64,000 bases of DNA, taken from assembly GCA_000002435.2 (NCBI GenBank), contig CM018792.1; one strand, given 5' to 3'. Position numbers and translations under genes: made by a program. Below the pieces are notes generated by a model that saw nothing but the letters and a program-made list of their open reading frames with translations, was not told the origin of the DNA and did no database searches. Below, one piece after another: positions 26,784 through 35,377 of the stretch (positions within the stretch are counted from its first letter, which is position 1; each line of letters begins with the position of its first letter). The DNA is from Giardia intestinalis. Its lineage: Eukaryota.

Positions 26784-27269
26784 TCATCTTATCTCCTTGT
26801 ACGTCATATCCTTGATGTGTTCGAGGGCGAAGTTGAGAATCAGGTCGACGGGAGATTCGTCAAACAGCCCTCTACTGATCACGGTTGTGACTCCCCTGTT
26901 GCAGCACCTGGCGTACCCATCTGTGGATCGGATCATGGCTTCTTCCTGAGGACTGGCAACCAGTATGGTTGGCCCCGTCAGCAAGGATCTGTCAAGCAGG
27001 TCTGCCAACACGCTGCTCGTCCGGTCGTTGACTAGGAAGACGAATATCTGAGAAGCGGAGAGCTTTTGCTTCATGTACTCGCTGATGGGCTTGTCCGTAG
27101 CGGCCGCGAAGAAGTGGAACCTGTATGCATTCACATCCCTGATGACCGTGTGGAACGAGTAGCCCAGATGCTCCGACTCCCCCGCTACAGAACCAGGGAA
27201 GGCCGTCTCTAGCTGGGCCGAATCACCGAAAAGGGAGACTTTCACGTCTGCAATAACAGGGCGGCTCAT
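26784..27269 (-). CDS. V-type ATPase subunit F-like protein (161 aa, with insertion)
   Basis: KVSLFGDSAQLETAF ~ KLIAVIGDEDTVTGF. QIFVFLVNDRTSSVLADLLD ~ DIGIILINQYIAEMVRHALD. GPTILVASPQEE ~ SIPAVLEIPSKE (human ATP6V1F). The ATG is preceded by cctaattaaaaagctctATG. Confidence 0.5.
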   Translation of the reverse strand: MSRPVIADVKVSLFGDSAQLETAFPGSVAGESEHLGYSFHTVIRDVNAYRFHFFAAATDKPISEYMKQKLSASQIFVFLVNDRTSSVLADLLDRSLLTGPTILVASPQEEAMIRSTDGYARCCNRGVTTVISRGLFDESPVDLILNFALEHIKDMTYKEIR

Positions 27270-27332
27270 AGAGCTTTTTAATTAGGTTGACTCGCCCGCA
27301 TCGGCTCGCAACCATCAGCCCTGTGAATACAT

Positions 27333-30300
27333 TTACTTTCTAAAGTCCCAGCAGTCCCCGTTGTTTGAAAGCTGGCCGCTCTTAGTGAAGATACTGGTGG
27401 TGCTATCCACGGGGTCGTAGACACGGCTCACAGACATCTCCGTCGCCGTGCAATCTGATATCATGGGGAAGAGCTCGCTATCGGTCAATGACACCACACT
27501 CATGCTAACCTCGATCATCGTCTCCTTGTAGTCCTTCGAGCGCATGAACTCCATACTATAGAGGTACCTGAACGTGACGTTCTGGCATATTCCACCGAAG
27601 AAGAGCCCGGCCCAGATGAGGTACTGGCAGAAGAAGATGGCTCCGAACGTCTCCAAGAGCCCCGTCCCCAGCGTCAGGCTCCTAATGCTCTCGGGGACCA
27701 CCTCTAATACGTAGGGAGTCGCCAAGCCCTTGGGCCCTGCCAGGATGTCCAGGAGCCTATTGAGCTGGACGTCGAGCGGCTCTATCACGTGCTTGTTGAC
27801 GGTACTTCCAAGCTCCATCAAAAGCGTGTCGTACATATGCTGAGAAAACCGCGGGTACAATCCTCCGGACAGGTTCTTCGAAACCATGTTTGCTTCGATG
27901 ATATCTAAGAGGATGGACAAAGGGGAGACTACAGCGTTGAGCAGCTCTGTGTATGCATCTATGAAGCTGACCTCATCGGTTGAAAAGCTACTCCAATCTT
28001 TAAACACATCCACAAACCGCTCATAGACCCTTGTTGTGTCTAGCACCACATCTAGTGCCCCGCTGGAGCCATCGTTCGGATTGCTCGCAGCATTCCAGCC
28101 AATCGTCTGGAAGCCCTTTTCCTGAAGCGCATACACGAGGTCTCGCACGGCTGCGTATGTGTTGGAGACGCAAATGGAGGTCTGTTCTACGGTGTCACCT
28201 GGGCGGATCTTCGTGCACAGGTTTCCAACGAGGTCTGGGTATGGAGACCCGTGGACGATGGAGGACAGGCTAGTGGAGATGCTTGGACACGAAGTCTTGA
28301 GGTTGGTTAGTTCGGCTCTTATCTTCTGCATTGTGCTCTTAATACTGCCCTGTGAACACAGATTCTTATCGACGGGGTTATCGGCAAGGAAGGTCACCGA
28401 GGGGCACTTTGTCATAGCGACCAAAGTATCCAGAAAGTGAATCATGGAAAGGCACTCTGCGACTATCCCCTTCTGGCCCCTAACGGCTTTGGCACTGGCT
28501 TCGAGGGACAGGGCGCTATAGTTCGCGCTGGAGGAAATGCCTCTGATATAGGCCTCAACCTGCGCTGTGACATTCATGGCAGCCAGAGCAGATGCATCAA
28601 CATCTCCGTACAAAGCTGTGCGCTTTTCTGTACTGGAGTATGTGTCGTTATATAGCTTGTGCCCTGCAGAGAAGTCCCCGAACAGGACGGCGTTCGAGAG
28701 CTCGCCACTGAGGAACGCGTTCCTAATCCCGCTAAGAAACGGATCAATGTCCGGAACAATGAAGGTCTCGAGGTACTGTGAGAGGCTGGAGCGGGGGTTG
28801 ATAGCTTCGGGTAGCACCGCGGGCAGCAGTCCTTGGAGCCCGCCCAAAAGATCCGGCAAGCCGAGGATATCGAGGATCCCTCCACCCTTCTTGTTGTAAT
28901 AGAGGAGGTCTTTGATGGACATGCGAGTTGTATCCACCCTCGTGGAAAGGCTCAGAGAGGCCATGCTGTCGTCAGGTTCGGCAGGAATCCCAAACATGCT
29001 CGGCAGGTTTCCGACGGCAACGGTAGCTGTCACGTTGGCGAGGCTCTTACGGAGAGCATCGTATGTGGTGTAATCCAGCACGGCGGACGACGGGGCTGTG
29101 TAGGCTAGGTCGGGGTGCCCCGTGTGCCGGAGCACAAAGGATCCCAGGTCCAGCTGGACCGGCGCAGGGTCTCCTATGACTCCGTTGTCTTTGAGGAGTT
29201 GGAGGACGGTGTCGTAGTTGTTGCGCAGAAGCTTGTCTGGGTTGGTGAGGAGCCCCGAATAGTACTCCAGAGCGAACTTCTGCAGAACCACCGCGACGAT
29301 CCCGAACAGCATCAGGAAAAGCGACACCCAGCAAACAACGCACCCGTTGCAGCACAAAGAGCAGCCAGCGCACCTCGTCTTGAAGCGCGCAGCGCCCACG
29401 ATCCCGCAAATGAACGTCCCGATTGGGACGAGGAGAAGAGCCAGGGCGAGCAAGAAAGGGGCCATCGATATCAGAACGTAATTGCGGCCAGCAGGCGGAA
29501 TCGTTGCCGGATCAAACCCAGAGAGCTTGCAATTCTTCAACGAGTCCAACGCACCGCCTTCTACAGGCAGGTCTGTTATGTAACCGGGGCAGGCCCCGTT
29601 GTTTATGAAGGCGTCGAACAGAGCACGCGCAGTCATCTGCTCCTTGTGGTCGTGGAGTTGCAGCACGTAGTTGATGTACTTGGAGAAGCTGGAGACCTGT
29701 GTCAGGGCATCGGTTGCGAGCTTAGGCAGGTTCAGCTGGTCGCTGATAGATCTGGCGAGCTCTTCGTCTGTTGGTCCTCCCTCGGCCCGCGTGGCAGACG
29801 CACACCACGATAGCTTGCCCTTAAGTGCCGGCTTGCCACACGCCCTCCGGACTATGTCCCCCACGGTTTGCGTCTTCGTGCTGAGTACTTCAAGCAAGTC
29901 AACGAGTAGTTGTGTGTCATCCTTACTCTGCTGTTTGCCAGACGCCTTCGGCCTTAACGAGTCTATAACGAACTTTATCACTATTTCGGGGTTGTTGTTG
30001 ACCGGGACATTCAGATCTGCTCTGTCAATAGGTGAATCGGAGGCAGCAGCAACACTGGACTTTGTTGTGCAATAATTATTTCCTGAGTTATCCTTAAAGA
30101 CCTGCTTGCACACCTTTTCAATGATAGTTTGCCAATTTCCTTGACCTGGTGGTTGCTGCTTATCTAGCGACTTCGCTATCCCGTTGGTGATAGAATTGGC
30201 CGCAAAGACAGCCCCGCCAATAAGAGACTTCTTGTTGATGTTCTTGTAGCTGGCCTCGGAGATTGCCGTGTCATCGGGTGGAGACGGAGGTTGCGTTGAT

Positions 30301-31106
30301 CGTATAGAGAAGTTGCCATAATTTTGCTTGCCTTCTAAACTCTTCTTTACTGATTCTTGCGTCTTTGTGTTCAACAATAAATCTAAGTTTTTCTGTATGT
30401 TATCTGAGAAATCTGTGATAGCACTCAACGAGGGTAGGGACGCAGGCGGCAGAAGGATGGTGCTGACCCCCTCTGCCAGCGAGGAATTCTGCGACAAGAC
30501 ATCAGAGACCACCCTCAGCGTGCAGCTCTTGGAAATCGCGCTTATGTACTCGCTGACCTCGTCTGCTGTTTTATTCAAGATATTGGAGATTGGGGAAATG
30601 GAACTATTATCTGAGCTCGAGATGAGCGCGTTTATAAGACTGTCTGAGGTGCTAATGGTGTCCGAAGCCAGATCGTAGACGCGATCGGTCGTTCGAGCCA
30701 CGACCCGGAACATGTTGTCCATGCCAATGAAGGGCTGGGAGACGGCGACGAACATCCCGATGCATCCGCAGAGGCCGATGACGTTGGCAGCGAGGCCCGT
30801 GTAGAAGCAGCAGCAGCGGTACTTGCTGGATGTCTGCTCCATCTCCAGCTTCCGGTGGCAGCATCTGCGACAGCACTGGCTACACCGGCAGGGGGCTATG
30901 CAGACGAGCGCAATGTTGAAGCAGAGCCCGAGGACAAAGGGAAGAACAAGCAGGACGCCCATGGCAACCAGGAGCGGAAGATACGGCTTGAGGGCAGCCA
31001 TGACATCCACTCCCCCGCCCTGGTGCATGAACAGGTTGGCCGTATCTATGATTGTTTCCGGCGGCACCCTCGGGAAGAACGCCGTACTAAAGGCCGTGAC
31101 CCCCAT
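27333..31106 (-). CDS. Large (1257 aa) five-TM membrane glycoprotein-like protein with two Cys-rich juxtamembrane loops; prominin-like topology
   Basis: The ORF-track start at 31109 is TTG. The ATG is at 31106. The order is TM1 (LPLLVAMGVLLVLPFVLGLCFNIALVCIAP), a Cys-rich short loop (CRCSQCCRRCCHRK..YRCCCFY), TM2, a ~500-aa loop, TM3 (FLLALALLLVPIGTFICGIVGAA), a Cys-rich loop (RCAGCSLCCNGCVVC), TM4, a ~600-aa loop, TM5 (LETFGAIFFCQYLIWAGLFFGGIC), and a C-terminal tail. Confidence 0.75.
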   Translation of the reverse strand: MGVTAFSTAFFPRVPPETIIDTANLFMHQGGGVDVMAALKPYLPLLVAMGVLLVLPFVLGLCFNIALVCIAPCRCSQCCRRCCHRKLEMEQTSSKYRCCCFYTGLAANVIGLCGCIGMFVAVSQPFIGMDNMFRVVARTTDRVYDLASDTISTSDSLINALISSSDNSSISPISNILNKTADEVSEYISAISKSCTLRVVSDVLSQNSSLAEGVSTILLPPASLPSLSAITDFSDNIQKNLDLLLNTKTQESVKKSLEGKQNYGNFSIRSTQPPSPPDDTAISEASYKNINKKSLIGGAVFAANSITNGIAKSLDKQQPPGQGNWQTIIEKVCKQVFKDNSGNNYCTTKSSVAAASDSPIDRADLNVPVNNNPEIVIKFVIDSLRPKASGKQQSKDDTQLLVDLLEVLSTKTQTVGDIVRRACGKPALKGKLSWCASATRAEGGPTDEELARSISDQLNLPKLATDALTQVSSFSKYINYVLQLHDHKEQMTARALFDAFINNGACPGYITDLPVEGGALDSLKNCKLSGFDPATIPPAGRNYVLISMAPFLLALALLLVPIGTFICGIVGAARFKTRCAGCSLCCNGCVVCWVSLFLMLFGIVAVVLQKFALEYYSGLLTNPDKLLRNNYDTVLQLLKDNGVIGDPAPVQLDLGSFVLRHTGHPDLAYTAPSSAVLDYTTYDALRKSLANVTATVAVGNLPSMFGIPAEPDDSMASLSLSTRVDTTRMSIKDLLYYNKKGGGILDILGLPDLLGGLQGLLPAVLPEAINPRSSLSQYLETFIVPDIDPFLSGIRNAFLSGELSNAVLFGDFSAGHKLYNDTYSSTEKRTALYGDVDASALAAMNVTAQVEAYIRGISSSANYSALSLEASAKAVRGQKGIVAECLSMIHFLDTLVAMTKCPSVTFLADNPVDKNLCSQGSIKSTMQKIRAELTNLKTSCPSISTSLSSIVHGSPYPDLVGNLCTKIRPGDTVEQTSICVSNTYAAVRDLVYALQEKGFQTIGWNAASNPNDGSSGALDVVLDTTRVYERFVDVFKDWSSFSTDEVSFIDAYTELLNAVVSPLSILLDIIEANMVSKNLSGGLYPRFSQHMYDTLLMELGSTVNKHVIEPLDVQLNRLLDILAGPKGLATPYVLEVVPESIRSLTLGTGLLETFGAIFFCQYLIWAGLFFGGICQNVTFRYLYSMEFMRSKDYKETMIEVSMSVVSLTDSELFPMISDCTATEMSVSRVYDPVDSTTSIFTKSGQLSNNGDCWDFRK

Positions 31107-31376
31107 CAATTATTATTTGTACTAATTGTCATGCATCATAAGTACGTTTTTCAGAACAGTGCGCCATTCTCCTCCTGGCACACTAGGTACCCTCTGCCGC
31201 CTTTTGCCGCCTCAACGCGGATTGCCTGTCTCAATAATTTGTAGACACTTGTCCGACAATTCGCCGTCTTACCTCTTCTCTTACCGGGGCCAGGGGTCGA
31301 CGAGGTTCCTAAAGTTATACACAAAATCTCGAATTCGTCGATTTCAGATTTAGATTTAAAGCTGCTGAAAATAAAT

Positions 31377-33017
31377 TCACTCGTCGGAGGCTGTCTCGCA
31401 CTGCTTCTTGTAGTCCAGGGTCCACTTGATGTAGATGATCATGGACACCAGGCCAGAGACGGCGTCCCCGACCGCGGGCGAGATGAAGATGCCGTGCACG
31501 GGGTCGACCTGGCTCTTGGTCGCCTTGACGATGAGCGGCAGGACGAAGATGCACACGATGGTGACGGCTGCTCGCGTAAGCTGCAGTATCGTGCTGAGGA
31601 CGGTCTTCCGCTTCATCTGCGACACAGAGACGGTGATGCTCACGAACAGCTGGAGAGGAAGCCCGGCCAGCCCGAGCCGCACGGCCAAGGCGGAAATGGC
31701 CCGCTCCGTCTCTCCGTCGCCCGCAAAGAGATACATAAGAGGGTAGGCCAGGCCCTCGCAGAGCCCCCAGACGGCCAGGGTCATGACCACGCCGATCAGG
31801 CTAGTGTAAACGAGGACAAGGTAGACTCGGTCCAGTTTCTTGGCCCCCAGGTTATAACCGAGGATGGGTGTCAGGGCCTGGACAAGACCTATAATGGGCA
31901 TAGAAACTAGGGTGGTTACCCTTGTCACTATCCCTACAGCGCTGCGATTGATTTCTTGGTTGGCCTGGGAAATAATTGTAGTATAGTAAGCTGCCAAGAG
32001 AGAACACACAGAGCTCGAAACACCGTTGATGTAAAAGGGGAAGCTGATCGCAAGGAATCTATAGATGATCATTCCTAGTGAAGATCGCTTAGCAGCCGGC
32101 TGAGGGTTGTCGGCAACTGTAGTATGTGGCGGGCACGACGGTTCCCCTGCAATTGTCTCAAAGCTCATCCCATCCTGCATGTCCGCATGAACCATCTCTA
32201 TTGTACTTTTCACATTTTCTAGCTCAACGGCTTCTGTGGACGTCTCAGAAGACGACTGGAGCTGTCGTTCGTCGTGGTCTCTCAGCTCGTCTACATTGTA
32301 TCGCAGAAGTCCGAACTTACACCGGAGAACGCCCCCTTTGATTAAATCAAAGATGTTTAACACCATCCAAATAGAGACTATGAGGAGGCTGATGCAAGTG
32401 GACGCCGATGCCGCGTAGTACTCCATTTTCGGGACACAGTAAAAGAAGATCGCATCAAGGACGATGTTCAGAACAGCTCCAAGCAGTTGCCGCCACATAG
32501 AAAGATTTGCCCTGTTCTCTGCACGCAGGATAGGGCCCATTGAATTAGAAAACATGTATGTGATGGTATATCCAGGAATAGCAACAACACCATACTGCTG
32601 CGCGTACCTAAAGACGTTGTTCGTGGCGTTAAACATAGAAAGAATGTTGGGTAGAAGAGGCAAGAGGATAAGCATTGCAAGCCCCCAGTAGATTAGCCCC
32701 ATGCATATAAACACTGTCGTATAGTAGTTAGCTATTCTGAACTGCTTCTGGCCTAGTGCCGGAGAGATGTATGTAGAGGCACCATATGCCATAGACAGGC
32801 TGGGGAAAAGCAGAGCTATGACATCAATGGGGGCGAACACAGATAGCGCACTTAGGCCGTCTGTGCCAAGAAATTTGGCAATGAAAATTGCATCAACGTT
32901 CATGTAAATAGCAGAAATGACCATTGAGAAAATGCACGGTACAGAGAAAGAACAGAGCAGTTTAAAGACGGGCGCTTCACCGAGTCGTTTGACCTTCTCA
33001 GTATGAACATTTGACAT
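31377..33017 (-). CDS. MATE-family (multidrug and toxic compound extrusion) transporter, ~12 TM
   Basis: The ORF-track start at 33056 is GTG. The ATG at 33017 (MSNVHTEKVKRLGEAPVFKLL) is preceded by aaatatttataattatcattcaaaaaATG. The MatE signature N-lobe (NVDAIFIAKFLGTDGLSALSVFAPI) and a repeated C-lobe are present. The protein is very hydrophobic. Confidence 0.8.
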   Translation of the reverse strand: MSNVHTEKVKRLGEAPVFKLLCSFSVPCIFSMVISAIYMNVDAIFIAKFLGTDGLSALSVFAPIDVIALLFPSLSMAYGASTYISPALGQKQFRIANYYTTVFICMGLIYWGLAMLILLPLLPNILSMFNATNNVFRYAQQYGVVAIPGYTITYMFSNSMGPILRAENRANLSMWRQLLGAVLNIVLDAIFFYCVPKMEYYAASASTCISLLIVSIWMVLNIFDLIKGGVLRCKFGLLRYNVDELRDHDERQLQSSSETSTEAVELENVKSTIEMVHADMQDGMSFETIAGEPSCPPHTTVADNPQPAAKRSSLGMIIYRFLAISFPFYINGVSSSVCSLLAAYYTTIISQANQEINRSAVGIVTRVTTLVSMPIIGLVQALTPILGYNLGAKKLDRVYLVLVYTSLIGVVMTLAVWGLCEGLAYPLMYLFAGDGETERAISALAVRLGLAGLPLQLFVSITVSVSQMKRKTVLSTILQLTRAAVTIVCIFVLPLIVKATKSQVDPVHGIFISPAVGDAVSGLVSMIIYIKWTLDYKKQCETASDE

Positions 33018-33539
33018 TTTTTGAATGATAATTATAAATATTTTGTGGGAAACCACACGTTAAACAGAACTTTACCAATCTCTCGCCAAGTATGCCCCGG
33101 CCGTCCAGTTGTGACGCAGTAAGTAGTAACGTAGATTGCTGCATTTATCATTTGATCACATAATGGAGTGAAGATTATAGCGAGAAGCTGATGAAGTCAA
33201 ATCAGGCAACACACAGCATTATTGTAGATTCGAATTTAAATTACTACGCCGAGACAAATCCACTAAGACGGGGTAGGTCAATTTAGAAGGAGTAGTATAG
33301 TCGCTCTAGATATCCACTTAGCGCATGACCGATTCTATGAGCTTTATGGCTCCGAGCTGTCAGCCGGGTCAGACCGACCCGCCGAGTGCATCTACGAAGA
33401 TATCTCCACAGTCTTTGCCGGCCGGTACGTGGAACTTGTGACTGAATTCCCTGACGCGCCGACTGTGTCGGACACGTGCGATGTTACGTGGAGTAACATC
33501 TGCAAACGCGCTCCTGTCTACTGCTATCACTGCTTCGCT

Positions 33540-34094
33540 ATGAAAGATATCAAGGCCCAGCAGTCAAAGCCCAAGTCTAACGCCAAGTCCAGACAAACAG
33601 GCGAGCACGGAGCAGCTAGCGGGTCTCCTGCGGGGAATACTCTATCTGAGAAGAGCAGTGTCAAGAAGAAGAAGAAGACTCCTCAGGCTTCCCCAGGCAA
33701 AGGATCCGTCACCGTGGAATTTGCTACTCCGTCGGATGGCAGGAGAGGTAACAAGAAAAACGGGAAGCCGGAAAGCGACGAAAGTGGCCAGAAGGATGGC
33801 GGCTCATCGCGTAGGAGGAAGGGCAGCAGCCCATCGCTGCCGATTTCCAAGAGGTTCGAGTCTGACGAGGAGGCCAGGGAATTTGCAAAGACCCTCAGTT
33901 GGGAGAGGTGCATGGTGATAGAGAAGAACAGCAGCCTCGATCTTGCAGAGCTGCACCTGATGTGCACAAACAATGGCAGCTACTTGAGCTACGTCTCCGA
34001 CAACTACATCTTCTACGGCTTTCCCAGGTCACAAGAGGTGAACATAGATATCTACAGGCGCTCCATGTCCGACACAAACATGTTTCTTGTCTAG
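33540..34094 (+). CDS. Hypothetical basic Lys/Ser-rich protein (184 aa from first ATG; ORF-track frame opens at a GTG at 33429)
   Basis: The ORF-track ORF 33429-34094 begins with GTG. The first in-frame ATG is at 33540 (MKDIKAQQSKPK). It has a KKKKK basic stretch and a conserved-looking C-terminus (WERCMVIEKNSSLDLAELHLMCTNNGSYLSYVSDNYIFYGF). Start assignment is uncertain. A 37-codon Cys-containing N-extension exists only if a non-ATG start is used. Confidence 0.4.
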   Translation: MKDIKAQQSKPKSNAKSRQTGEHGAASGSPAGNTLSEKSSVKKKKKTPQASPGKGSVTVEFATPSDGRRGNKKNGKPESDESGQKDGGSSRRRKGSSPSLPISKRFESDEEAREFAKTLSWERCMVIEKNSSLDLAELHLMCTNNGSYLSYVSDNYIFYGFPRSQEVNIDIYRRSMSDTNMFLV

Positions 34095-34177
34095 CCACGC
34101 GTAGGCCCCTGTGGGAGGCCTCCGTGTGCATTGTAAAATCACTATCTTTTTCTGATTGCATCCTGGTGTTCTGGAAG

Positions 34178-35002
34178 ATGTCTGCAGACAGCTCGGGCGC
34201 AAGGATCGCGCTATTCACGGATACACACCTCGGGTTCACTGCCCCGTCTGCACGCCCCTGCAATGCCCACGAAAACTACCTGCTTCTTGAGGAGTGCCTC
34301 TGTCTGGCCCGCAAGCTGGGCGCGCATGCTATCCTGCACGCCGGAGACTTCTTCAACCAGAACAGGCTGTCCAGCAAGAAGGTCATCAAGGCAATCTGTG
34401 CACTGAGACGATACGGGGTCTCGTCCTTTGCAGGCCACAGCGACGGCGACTCGATACCCATGGCCCTCATCTACGGCAACCACGACAACAACGATAAGAT
34501 TTTGGGCCTCCTGGAGGCGGCCGGGGCGGTGAGTCTCCTGGGGCACACTCAGGCCGGCAAAAGCCTTACGCTCCATCCTTTCTGCCGGGTAGTTGGCGGT
34601 GTAGAGCTCGTCGTGTACGGACTGGATTACCACAAAGCGTGGCAGAGGGATGTGGCACCCGAGATTTCCTTTGCCCCGGCCGCTCGCTCAGCTCTGAAGG
34701 ACGAAGCGGTGGGGAGAGGCGCTAAAGGAGGACGCAGGCACGCACGATACACCTTCCTGGTTCTTCACCAAGACTATTCAGACCAGGTTGGAAGAGACAA
34801 GATCAGCCTTTCATTCGTCGACCAGTGGAATCATACGCATGCCCCGGAAGAGCGCATAGACTTTGTGTACATAGGGCACGAGCACGACGAGACGCCTCCT
34901 CGCGACGGGGAGACGTTCACGCTTCTCATGCCCGGCTCTCCGCATAGACAAAGCAGGAAGAGAAGCCTTCCCGACTTATACTTGCTGTCTCTGCCTCTAT
35001 AG
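34178..35002 (+). CDS. Mre11-type calcineurin-like phosphoesterase, nuclease core only (274 aa); lacks capping and Rad50-binding regions
   Basis: The phosphoesterase motifs are in Mre11 order and spacing. [11 protein letters not shown] (I, against ILVATDIHLGF). [12 protein letters not shown] (II, against GGDLFHENKPS), within a block [20 protein letters not shown] ~ [27 protein letters not shown] (III). LVLHQD (IV). IGHEHDE (V/VI). LLMPGSP ~ YISQPGSS. The ORF stops 10 codons later. No continuing frame exists downstream. Confidence 0.7.
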   Translation: [274 protein letters not shown]

Positions 35003-35343
35003 TGGAAATGGCTGGCTGGCTCACGATTAGGTATTCAGTATGCAATAAACTGGTGTGTAGTTGCGTTGCTATGGGTCTGAATCATCTTAGGCAAAGGATG
35101 CTCAATTCTACTTGCTCGTAACTTTTATTTCGGCTCTTGCAAGCAATATTGAGCAAACGAGTAAAGCGCGCCTTTTGCATTATAACTTCAACAAACTCGG
35201 TAAATAAAAGTCAAGACATGAGCTGTACAAGCAACCATTTCCGTAAAGACAGGTCAGATATGCGTTGATACCCTTGTTACGTCCAAGTGTTGTGCCTTAC
35301 ATTGTCCGTAATCAGTTCTTAATTCCATCAGTCGATATCTCAG

Positions 35344-35369
35344 AAATTTGACTTTAAAAATTTGACTTT
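35344..35369 (+). repeat. Tandem direct 12-mer (aaatttgacttt aa aaatttgacttt) 9 nt upstream of ATG 35378
   Basis: Read directly: cagAAATTTGACTTTaaAAATTTGACTTTgtctctaaATG. Confidence 0.6.
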
Positions 35370-35377
35370 GTCTCTAA

